Of a stretch of 64,000 bases of DNA, positions 22,805 through 33,274 are shown piece after piece (positions within the stretch are counted from its first letter, which is position 1; every line of letters starts with the position of its first letter). The notes beneath the pieces were generated by a model. It was not told where the DNA came from and ran no database searches. It was given only the letters and a program-made list of their open reading frames with translations. The position numbers and the translations under genes were made by a program. This DNA comes from Flectonema sp. DT1601 (taxonomy: Eukaryota): contig OZ025790.1 of the NCBI GenBank assembly GCA_964019425.1, forward strand, positions 1,426,001-1,490,000. The letters are read 5' to 3'.

Positions 22805-22888
22805 CCGGCGGAGGACGGAAGGAACTGGGCGGAGACACGGAGACGTCTCCTGCTACAAGCTGGCGACGTTGAGAGGAACCCCGGACCG
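22805..22888 (+). other. 2A-like StopGo peptide (LLLQAGDVERNPGP) directly after the in-frame ORF1 UGA
   Basis: Matches the D(V/I)ExNPGP consensus; in frame with both ORF1 and the APE domain; no ATG. Confidence 0.9.
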
Positions 22889-25800
22889 AGACCACGAATC
22901 GATGGGCTCACCGTGGGAACAATCAATGTCACCACACTAGAAGGAAAAATAGATGCCATCACAGATCTGAACCTAGATCTGATAGCTCTACAGGAAACTT
23001 CTCTGACGGGCCCACAGCAACGCCAGATGAAAAAACAGCTCGGTGAGAGAGGATGGGAAACGACGTTCGGATTAGAGTGCAAATTACTAACCGATGGGCA
23101 AAAGACGTGGACGGCGGCAGGAGGCGTGGCCATCTTGACGCGCACTGGTACACCGGTGAGAAGGATAAAACACGATCGGCTCGACAACACGGGACGATTC
23201 GTACACGCGGGAGTGTCGTACGGAAATGGCAAGGTACTGCACGTTTTCTCGTTCTACGGAGACGTACGTTCGGCGGTCTACACGGAAGAGTTGATTGCGG
23301 AGATGCTCGTGGAAGCAGCAGCTCTGGGTGATGTTCCCGTATTTATAGCGGGGGACTTCAACGTCGAAACAACGGAATCGCCGGCGCTTCTGTCGGCTTT
23401 CGCACACGGACTCTGGATAGATGCCGCCGTCTCGATGGGAAACATGACACCGACAAGCGAAGCGGGAAAAGGACTTCGTAGAATCGATGCTATTCTGATG
23501 AACCGCGGGGCGGCGACAGCAATCTCGAATGACACAACGATTCATGTGCATAAGAGTGAGCTGATCCCGACACACAAGCCGGTCATCATTAGAAAGCTCA
23601 ACATCTCACGCTACAACGAGAAGGCTCCTAGGCTGATAGTACCGAAACAGTTGGATACCTCCGAGACAACGGACCCGAGTGAGGGGAAGGCCGAAAGGCA
23701 ACTCCACTGGACGCGAGCTGTAGCGACGGAAGATCCTGACAAGATGCTGGAGGCGCTTGGAGAGATCATCGAAAGATACCTTCTGACGGGAAAGCTGGAG
23801 ATAAGTAACCCAGCCAAGTACAAGGGACGCGGGAAGAAGCGTGAGCCTGTGATGTGGACGAACGCGGCGAAACAAGACGGGAGAGGAGCGACGTGCAGGG
23901 AAACGCGAAGAAGACTGCAGAAGATACGTGTTCTGGAGGAAGTGATGAAAATCACAAAGCAACGCGATGGTCCGACGGTGCCGTCCCACGAAGTAATGAA
24001 ACTCTGGAAAAAATTACGAAAACTCGATCCGACGACGGGATCCGAAATACCACAGACGGAGGAGCTTCGGATACTACTACACAAGCGAGACAGGAGCAAG
24101 CGATAGAAAGCAAGAAGCTCCGAACTGAACGCATCCGCATGTGGAAACGGAATGTTGTCGACAATTGGAACGACGACCGCACGAAGGTTTTCCAGTGGAT
24201 CAGGAACGTCGAGCAATCGAAGACTGTTCTGATGGAAAAGGCAGATGGAAGCTGGACGGCCAACTGCTCCGAGATGGATGAGGCCATGCACGCGGCATGG
24301 GACCCCATACTCAAAAAGTACTTATCAGACCCGGAACCAGACTGGATGAAGTTCGAAGAACGGTACAGCAACTACATCGAGGAACACCCGATGCGATGCG
24401 AAGATATCACCGGGGAGGACGTTGCAAAAGCCCTCAGAAGAACTAGCTCGCGCAAAGCAGCTGGGGTAGACGGCTTCAGGATATCGGAGCTCAAGTCGCT
24501 ACCGGAGGACATGATTCAGATGATAGCGGAATTCTACAACATAGTGGAGAGAACACACTGGCCGGAAGCACTTCTCACGGCACTGGTGTCGGCCATACCC
24601 AAAGGGGCAGGGACGAAACCACTGGAGCAGAGACCCATTACGGTGACATCCGCACTTTACAGACTATGGGGCTGTATACGTATGGAAAAGGATGTAATGG
24701 AGTGGCAAGAGAAGTGGGCTCACGACGGGCAGTACGGCTACCGGAAGGGGAGATCTACGCTCGACCTCAGCTGGAAGATAGCACTAGACGTGGAACACGC
24801 AACTCTCTACGGAGAAGAGATTGCTGGAGTGACCACGGACTTCAGGAAGTGTTTCGACCTGATCCCGCACGACATCCTCCTGAAATTGGTGAAGGAATTG
24901 GGCCTCGGTGATGAGATCCTGAGAACTGTGACGGATGTCTACCGGCGACTCAGAAGGAGATTCAAGTTCCCGAGCGGCGTCGGAGAAGAATTTGCCACCA
25001 CCAACGGAATACTGCAAGGATGTCCGCTCAGCGTGGTGCTCTTCAATGCGCTGAGCTCGATACTCAGCAAAGCAATCGAGAGGGAAGCCGATGTGACGCC
25101 CGGATCGTATGCGGACGACCTGACGTTGTTTGGATCACGAACGAAGCTACAAGAAGGCGTAGAAGTCGTTGCGGAGTTCTGCACCCTGACCGGACAAGAA
25201 CTCGCACCTCAGAAGTGCAAGTGGTTCTCGAACAGAGACCAGGGCCAGACCAACATCACAATGGGGGACACAACACTGGACTTCGATGACAGTGTCGATA
25301 TCGTGGGATGCCACCTCAGTATGAAAGGAACCACCAAGCAGATTGGGAGGATCACGGAAGAAGTGCTCGATAGAGCGAGGCGAATCCGGTTACTTCCGCT
25401 CAGATATCAAGCGAAGGAACAGATAGCTGCAGCTAGTGTCATGCCCAAGGCGCTCTTCGGAACGGCACTGTACGATCCCGATGCGACGCGACTCGGACTG
25501 CTGAGAAGAGCAATGGCAACGGGGATTTTCCGCAAACTTGGAGGGAAAAGAACTAAGATGTCGCACACCATGGGCCTAACGCTACTCTGCAAGGGACATT
25601 GTGTGGATCCCGCGACGTACATTAGGTACAACAGACTCCTTGCACTCACCAGAATGCTACCGAAGCTAACTGAGAGGATACGCAGGGTATGGGAACACCT
25701 GCAAGAGCACACTGAAGCGACGAGAGGACCAGTCGGCCTCGCCCTGAGTACTCTGAAGGAACTTGGATGGGAATGGTCAACTTTCTCGGTCTTCGAAGGT

Positions 25801-27540
25801 CCGGGAGGGACGACCGAACACGGAAGGCTGGATGCGGGGCGCTGGCGGCACGATGTCAGAGAGGCGTGCAGACGTTTCACCTGGAACAAAACAATTGCGG
25901 AAACGAGACGGGTAAACCTGAGAGGTATTGAAGCGGGCATCGACCGGAAAGAGACCCTGAAGGTCCTGAAGGAAGGAAAGGGCGACCCCTACCTGCGCGG
26001 AGTAGTGAAGCACTGCCTCCTGGACAACGTGTACACTGGCTCGATGAAGGCGGGAAACAAGAACTGCGCGCACTGCGAGGAGGTTGACGACGTAGAGAGG
26101 ACGGAGACCCTCGAGCACGTGAACTGGGATTGCAGAGCTTATGACACAATCCGACAGGAATACCCGCAAGTGATGCTACAAGTTCGAAGCGATTGGCCCA
26201 ATTGCCTGAGGCTACTCGGCATCAAGCCCGACAATGTGGAACTGCCGGCGGGGCTCACCGGAGACCTACAACGAATGTTCGCACGGATCAGGCTCCGCAG
26301 GGACGACTACCAACAACTGGAGGAAAGACGGCTGACGGTTGTGGAATACGCTGGGAACAAGGAACCGGAAGTGGTTATGCGATACAACAACAAACTGGAA
26401 AAGTACATGCCAGTATACACCCAATGGCCCGAAGCCCTTGGATTGACCTTGTACTTGGCGCTTGCGAGCTACCTGAGGGAACTGAAGTGGCCTCGACAGC
26501 CAGACGGAGTCGGAGTCACCTTCCTGGAATTAGCGATCGACTTCGAAGCGTATGCGGGGGTTGACATACCGACCACAGTCCACGAAGGCCACGTAGCGAA
26601 GTGCACCAAAGACAGAGCCGCCGGGAAGAAAGCTGACGTCATGTGTGGACTGATGCTAAGATTGAACTTGGTTCACAAGCATTTAGAAGGCGAGGAACAA
26701 AGAACCTTTCCCGACTACTGCGTAGGAAGCAACAAAGCCTTACGTCCGCTAGGAGCCCCGGTACTGAAAGGTTTGAAGAAACGACCAGCTTTTCTGATGG
26801 GAGACGAAACAGTAGACACAATTCGGAGGACGGTCCAAGAGGCGAACGACGGAAAAGCTGACAAAATCAGATTCGGCTTCGAGACTGAGTGCAGGCACTC
26901 GAGCGAGAGGGAAGGGAGAGCGGAGAAATGGATAACCGCGGCACGACTTTTCCCATCAAAGGAAAAAGACGTACAGCTGAGGAGGGAGCTCTGCGAGCGA
27001 GGACCGACACGCCCGCCACCCGAGGTCGTCAAGAGACCGGGCATCGCGGAAGGACAAGGAACGATGAACTCGACGTGCTACGGACACTTCAAGAAAAAAT
27101 GCAATAGTTGTCGACGGGCCGGAAACACCATCTACCAGTGCTGCCACAACCATCACACTCTGGGGGATGAAGATGGACAAATACCGATATGGGACTTTTG
27201 CAGCAAGCACAAGCTTACTCCATGTGCAGTCTGCATAGTTATCGGCAGAGGATCTGAGCAATGTTGCAGAAACAGCCACCACCGATGCCGTCACCACGAG
27301 ATGGCTCCCTGCAACGACTGCAAGCGGAATCCGGATCCGGAACAACGGACTGCCACGAAATGCTGCAACAAAAAGCATCACGGGCCAATTATAAGGACGT
27401 TGACGAGGAGGGCGAAGCAGCCGACGAAGCATGATATGCAAACCAGCACATCTCTTCTAAAATTAGGTTTCACCAAACAAATGAAACCGAAAGCAGAGGA
27501 AACCCCGGAAAGGGAACCACAGGACAAGGGGTTAACTTAG
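22805..27540 (+). CDS. Retrotransposon A1 ORF2 (APE, RT, CCHC, Cys/His repeats) with one frameshift near 24080
   Basis: APE: TINVTTL, ALQET, AGDFN, RIDAIL, THKPV. RT: QRPITV, DFRKCFD, GILQGCPLS, YADD. CCHC: CAHC...EHVNWDC. The APE ORF stops at 24106 and RT continues in another frame. Confidence 0.9.
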
Positions 27541-28739
27541 GTTGGCCGAACCAGTGCCTCGTCATCTCACCGTGCTAGCAAGCCTGAATGACAGCACTCA
27601 AAATGGTACATATATCGTTGTTCACGAATCACTTCTCTTGACCTTTCAAGTCTTAGTGATGTAAAGGAAATTGGTAGAAAACCCCTCGTTAGCTGCAGCT
27701 CCCTAAAATCTGTTCAGCTGCCTAAAAATAATGGCGCTATCTTTGAGAGGGTTATGAAATTTGAAAATTTAAATGTAAAGTGTTGAACCGATTCTTGGTT
27801 GTCATTTTTTCTTCTTCTTTTTTTTTTTTTTTTTTTACTTTTTTTTTAAAGTATCACAAAAGAGCTTTAACAACGACAGATTGCTCTGAAGTTGCTCCAG
27901 AAACACCTTCCAGTTGATCATCTTGAATTCCATCCTAAATAGATGAACACTCTATTAAGGGATTTGGTTATTTGAGTGTTCGGACATCATAGTTTTTAGA
28001 GAGGAGCTTCATGTGTGACCGACACAACCTGAAACTTAAAAGGTAACCGGTAGGATGTGTTGTAGCATTTGTGATGAGAATATTCTACACAAAACAACTT
28101 TTAATCTCACATTCCGATATAGTCAAAGAGAATGTGATCATGATGTTTGTTTTGTGATTATTTATATGTTCCCGCATGTGGTGCCTCAGTTTTTCAAGAT
28201 CAATGCAAAAGAACTTATCACTCGCAGCTTAGTCTTGCGAAATATGCTACAAGTTTGCTACGAACGGAGAAATATTTCATTTTGATTATTTTTTGAAAAA
28301 TAATTTTCGAAAATAGTTTTTCTAATATTTATTTTATTCAAAGTGTGTAAAGAAGTACTAAGTCTTTTTTAATTTTCCTTTAATATTTATTTGCTTTTGA
28401 AGTGTGAGAGAATACTATTTTAAGCTGCAACAGACTACAGGGCATGGTAGTACGTGTCCCCCGAACCCCATATTCGACAGCACATATGGAATTTTTATTG
28501 ATACCAATTGCAACGAGGTTGGCCGAACCCTATTCTTGTTTTAGCCAGTTTCAAGTTGCTTTCAATTTAATATTAGTATCAAGTTACTCCCCACTGCTAA
28601 TAATGGGGGAGCCTCAGTCTGATTGTTTAGGGAGGACTCCTTAGCCTCCCAAGGATTTTGTTATGTTTACTGAAAGAGAAATTGATGCGAATAATTGCAA
28701 TGCAGGAAGGGTGGGGAGAAAGTACATAACACTTAAAGT

Positions 28740-29300
28740 ATGGGTGCCTTTGACTGCTCTACATGTGGACAGGGACTACAGCCGCAGGGTAATAGGATAC
28801 CATGTGCGTTAGCGTGTGGTCATACTTTCTGTAAAAAGGATTTGGACGCTCTCAGGGGACAATCGAAAGAAATTCATTGCCCGCAATGTTTTAATGAAAG
28901 CACTCTGGGTAAGACTGGTTACGTTGTTAACTATCAACTAGTGGAGCTACTTGAAGTCAGATCAGTGCGGGCAGGTGGAAGGAATGCAGCTCCTGCTCCT
29001 GCTCCTGCTCCTGCTCCTATTTTCTGTCGTGCTCCTCCTGCTCCAGCTGCAGTTCTACAATATCCTGATCTTTTTCCAGAACTCTTTACATCTATTTATG
29101 GTAGCGATTCTGATGAAGAATCAGAATACGAGGAATATGACGACGAAGAGGAGGAGAGACGGTCGCTAATTCCGAATTATAAAACTAAGATATGTCGGTA
29201 TTGGAAAAAAAGGCACTCTGATCAAGGCTGTCACCATTACAGGAATAAGGGATACTGTAATTTTGCTCATGGACGCGGCGAATTAATTGTGCGAGACTGA
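28740..29300 (+). CDS. RING finger + CCCH zinc finger protein
   Basis: CSTC...CGHTFCKKD...CPQC RING-like (one Cys replaced by Asp); YKTKICRYW...C...CNFAHG CCCH finger; AP linker and acidic tract. Confidence 0.8.
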   Translation: MGAFDCSTCGQGLQPQGNRIPCALACGHTFCKKDLDALRGQSKEIHCPQCFNESTLGKTGYVVNYQLVELLEVRSVRAGGRNAAPAPAPAPAPIFCRAPPAPAAVLQYPDLFPELFTSIYGSDSDEESEYEEYDDEEEERRSLIPNYKTKICRYWKKRHSDQGCHHYRNKGYCNFAHGRGELIVRD

Positions 29301-29797
29301 TCTCATCATTTTTAACCAGGGGGGGGAAAAAAAAACCTTTTCTCGTTTGTTTTTTTTTTAAATAACGGGACTCAGATAAAAAAAAAAAAAAAAAAAAAAA
29401 CTAACTAACCTTTTTTTTTTAATTTTTTTATCCTAATCTGAAAAATTAGTTCTGAACTTTAACGGGGATGTCAACACGATGTCGCTATGCTGTAATTGAT
29501 TGTTCTAGTTGGTATTGTTAGTCTTTCTTTTTTTTTTTGAAAGAAAGAAAGAGAGAGAGAGAGAGAGAAGGAAACATTATTTTTTTTCAAAAAAAAAGAA
29601 AGAATAAAAACTCAGGTACTTGTTATTTTAATCTGTAGTATTGTACTTACTGTTGTTCTTAGGTCACTAATTACAAAACAATGATGGTTTTTTTTTTTTT
29701 TTTAATTCCTTGTCTTGTTCGAAAAATAACTACGAGACGCAACATTAACTTCATTCATACTATCAGTTATTTATTATATTTATTAAAAAAAATAAAA

Positions 29798-30925
29798 ATG
29801 GTTCACTTTCACATTAGAGGAGAAACAAAGCCTGCAGAGAGAAGAACTGCAGTAACACCTGATGACGCAAAGAGACTTATTGAAGCTGGTCACCAAGTGA
29901 CGGTTGAAAGTTTTCCTGACAGATGTTTTCCCGACGCAGCATATGCTGAGGTGGGATGTGCAATGGCTGAAGCTGGATCATGGGAGAAGATCGATCAAAG
30001 TAGAGTAATCTTAGGACTGAAGGAATTACCTGAGGGAGACAGTGGACTACCACATCAGCATATCATGTTTGCTCACTGTTTCAAATACCAAGACGGATGG
30101 AAGGAAGTAATGAAGAGATTCACATCAGCAAAGGGAACCCTCTTCGACTTGGAGTTCCTCAAGGAAGAAAACGGTCGCAGAAAGGTGGCATTTGGTAAGT
30201 CTGCAGGATTTTGTGGAATGGGCACTGGAATCCTATGCTGGGCCCTCCAACAGCAAAGCGGCGACAAAATGACTCGCAACGCCCTACCAGCTGACCTTTG
30301 GTACCGCACCAGAGACGAATACATTAACGCCTGTGCTGACGCTATAAAGAAAACAGGAAAGGGATTTCCAAAGGTTATGATCATCGGAGCTCTTGGTAGG
30401 TGCGGATCGGGAGCCACTGAAATGGCTCTTGCGACGGGAATTCCAAAGGAAAACATCGCCATGTGGGACATGGCAGAGACTTCAAAGGGAGGACCTTTCA
30501 AAGAAATATTAGACTATGATGTTTTTGTTAATTGTATCTACTTGGACCCAAAAACTAAGGCTGCTCCATTCTTGACTACAGAAATGCTGAACAGCGATAG
30601 AAAGTTATCAGTCATGGTCGATGTCTCTTGTGATCCAAACAACCCAGCCAACCCTGTTCCTGTCTACAAGGAATGCACAACATTCTTAGAACCTGTTAAC
30701 CGAATTGTAGCCCCGAGTGAGGGAAAAGCTCCTTTCGATGTTATTGCCATTGATCACTTGCCTTCCCTTGTTCCTTGTGAGAGCAGTACAGAGTTCAGTG
30801 CAGGACTCCTTCCGATGTTAATCGACTTTGAGAAGGATAGTGAAAATGTTTGGTCTCGTGCCAAGAAAACTTTTGAAGAAATCGCCGCACTTCCAGAGAT
30901 GAAGGATCAGACAAGTCAGCTGTAG
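29798..30925 (+). CDS. LYS1: Saccharopine dehydrogenase (NAD+, L-lysine-forming), copy 1
   Basis: Motifs RGETKPAERR, ILGLKEL, FAHCFKYQ, DLEFL, IIGALGRCGSGA, DVSCDPNNP, IDHLPSL; ATG at 29798 by comparison with copy 2. Confidence 0.92.
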   Translation: MVHFHIRGETKPAERRTAVTPDDAKRLIEAGHQVTVESFPDRCFPDAAYAEVGCAMAEAGSWEKIDQSRVILGLKELPEGDSGLPHQHIMFAHCFKYQDGWKEVMKRFTSAKGTLFDLEFLKEENGRRKVAFGKSAGFCGMGTGILCWALQQQSGDKMTRNALPADLWYRTRDEYINACADAIKKTGKGFPKVMIIGALGRCGSGATEMALATGIPKENIAMWDMAETSKGGPFKEILDYDVFVNCIYLDPKTKAAPFLTTEMLNSDRKLSVMVDVSCDPNNPANPVPVYKECTTFLEPVNRIVAPSEGKAPFDVIAIDHLPSLVPCESSTEFSAGLLPMLIDFEKDSENVWSRAKKTFEEIAALPEMKDQTSQL

Positions 30926-32146
30926 GCTTTGGGGTGTTGATGGGAAGAAAGGAAAGAAATTGTCAAATCCCCCAAATGGAAAATGTCGCACCCCCCATAA
31001 GGTGATCATTCTCCCAGTGGGGTAAAAAAAAAAAAAAAAAGAAAGAAAAAAAAAAAAGAGCAATCTTCCTGTCTACAAAAGCATGCATGTTCACATTAAA
31101 AAGGAGTTTTTCGCAACTCTGGGAACACACACAGTAGTAGACTACATCATTTTCAGAGTTCAGTTTGTTTTTACCTTTTTCTTTTTCTTTTTCTTTTTTT
31201 TTTTTTGCCTCCACTCAAAACTCCAATTGCATGTGGTACAAAGAGATCGGAGAGATTTGGAAGAAGAAAAAACAACAGAATTCTGTTTGCGGTTCCTATG
31301 AGATGGAAATTTCGTTCTTTTTTTTTGCTTGTAAGTTATCAGTGCTCGTAGATATATCGGTCCCCTTTAAAATATTAGGATACATCGTTTTTTGGGATGA
31401 ACAGGAATAAAAGAAAACAAAAAATAAAAGAAACAACTTTGACTACTAAAGTGATAAAAGACTACTCACTCTCGTTGTGTATTTCTTCATTTGGCTCGCG
31501 CGCAGAATGTGTAAAATATTCGCGACGGCTTTATTAATTTCGGGAGTTGATTCGCTGTGTGTTTTTTTTTTGCTGAAAGAAAAAAAAAAACGAAGGAAAA
31601 AAAAAAGAAAAACACCCCTCTTACTCCCATTTTTAATTTTTTTTTTGTTGTCGTTGTTGTTGTTGTCTTTTGTTCCATTGCTTCGGTAGTCAAATAAAGT
31701 AAGTTTAAGCAATTAAACATGAAAAAAAATTAAATTAAATTCTTATTTTTTTCACTTCAAGGAATAAATGACCAGACCACTAGACGGTCCTTTCGTAAAT
31801 CAGTTTTCACATCCGTCAGCGACAGACGAATGCTGTGTTTCCGTCATGCGGAAGAATTACAGAACGAACTGTCACTGATGTGGTGAAACGGGTGGGACGA
31901 AATGTCTCAAGACCCAACTAGGCAACGACGAAACCACCCAAGCCAGGTGGTTGCCTGAGGCATCCCAGGAATGGGTGTGTCCTACAAAACATCAACAAGT
32001 GTTATATTACTATTTTCTGTATAGTTTAAGATAAAGCCAATTCTTTTTTTTAATTCCTTGTCTTGTTCGAAAAAAATAACTACGAGACGCAACATTAACT
32101 TCATTCATACTATCAGTTATTTATTATATTTATTAAAAAAATAAAA

Positions 32147-33274
32147 ATGGTTCACTTTCACATTAGAGGAGAAACAAAGCCTGCAGAGAGAAGAACTGCG
32201 GTAACACCTGATGACGCAAAGAGACTTATTGAAGCTGGTCACCAAGTGACGGTTGAAAGTTTTCCTGACAGATGTTTTCCCGACGCAGCATATGCTGAGG
32301 TGGGATGTGCAATGGCTGAAGCTGGATCATGGGAGAAGATCGATCAAAGTAGAGTAATCTTAGGACTGAAGGAATTACCTGAGGGAGACAGTGGACTACC
32401 ACATCAGCATATCATGTTTGCTCACTGTTTCAAATACCAAGACGGATGGAAGGAAGTAATGAAGAGATTCACATCAGCAAAGGGAACCCTCTTCGACATA
32501 GAATTCCTCAAGGAAGAAAACGGTCGCAGAAAGGTGGCATTTGGTAAGTGGGCAGGATTTTGTGGAATGGGCACTGGAATCCTATGCTGGGCCCTCCAAC
32601 AGCAAAGCGGCGACAAAATGACTCGCAACGCCCTACCAGCTGACCTTTGGTACCGCACTAGAGACGAATACATTAACGCCTGTGCTGACGCTATAAAGAA
32701 AACAGGAAAGGGATTTCCAAAGGTTATGATCATCGGAGCTCTTGGTAGGTGCGGATCGGGAGCCACTGAAATGGCTCTTGCGACGGGAATTCCAAAGGAA
32801 AACATCGCCATGTGGGACATGGCAGAGACTTCAAAGGGAGGACCTTTCAAAGAAATATTAGACTATGATGTTTTTGTTAGTTGTATCTACTTGGACCCAA
32901 AAACTAAGGCTGCTCCATTCTTGACTACAGAAATGCTGAACAGCGATAGAAAGTTATCAGTCATGGTCGATGTCTCTTGTGATCCAAACAACCCAGCCAA
33001 CCCTGTTCCTGTCTACAAGGAATGCACAACATTCTTAGAACCTGTTAACCGAATTGTAGCCCCGAGTGAGGGAAAAGCTCCTTTCGATGTTATTGCCCTT
33101 GATCACTTTCCTTCCCTTGTTCCTTGTGAGAGCAGTACAGAGTTCAGTGCAGGACTCCTTCCGATGTTAATCGACTTTGAGAAGGATAGTGAAAATGTTT
33201 GGTCTCGTGCTAAGAAAACTTTTGAAGAAATCGCCGCACTTCCAGAGATGAAGGATCAGACAAGTCAGCTGTAG
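32147..33274 (+). CDS. LYS1: Saccharopine dehydrogenase, tandem copy 2 (5 amino-acid differences)
   Basis: Near-identical to copy 1, including the 5' flank and much of the 3' flank. Confidence 0.9.
   Translation: MVHFHIRGETKPAERRTAVTPDDAKRLIEAGHQVTVESFPDRCFPDAAYAEVGCAMAEAGSWEKIDQSRVILGLKELPEGDSGLPHQHIMFAHCFKYQDGWKEVMKRFTSAKGTLFDIEFLKEENGRRKVAFGKWAGFCGMGTGILCWALQQQSGDKMTRNALPADLWYRTRDEYINACADAIKKTGKGFPKVMIIGALGRCGSGATEMALATGIPKENIAMWDMAETSKGGPFKEILDYDVFVSCIYLDPKTKAAPFLTTEMLNSDRKLSVMVDVSCDPNNPANPVPVYKECTTFLEPVNRIVAPSEGKAPFDVIALDHFPSLVPCESSTEFSAGLLPMLIDFEKDSENVWSRAKKTFEEIAALPEMKDQTSQL

Larger units (their letters stand above)
19818..27612 (+). mobile_element. Full-length APE-type non-LTR retrotransposon (element A1): HDV-like ribozyme, ORF1, 2A, APE, RT, CCHC, Cys/His repeats
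   Basis: Exact 22-bp target-site duplication TATCGTTGTTCACGAATCACTT at 19796-19817 and 27613-27634; abrupt rise in GC; APE and RT motifs. Confidence 0.95.
18740..27786 (+). pseudogene. Ubiquitin-like + LRR gene interrupted by a LINE (host parts 18740-19817 and 27635-27786)
   Basis: N-terminus almost identical to the intact paralog at 37377; ~25-aa LRR units ITSLDLSGLSSVTSIGNxFLSxCSQ; after the insertion the frame resumes SLDLSSLSDVKEIGRKPLVSCSSLKSVQLPKNNGAIFERVMKFENLNVKC*. Confidence 0.9.

Noticed and set aside
29681..29797. 39-aa N-terminal extension on LYS1 copy 1
   Set aside because: Runs through T-rich intergenic sequence that is largely duplicated before copy 2 without an equivalent open frame.
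31815..32000. Possible hammerhead ribozyme in the LYS1 spacer (CTGATG...GAAAC)
   Set aside because: The core reads CTGATGT rather than CTGANGA and the stems do not close; left as an unexplained GC-richer insert.
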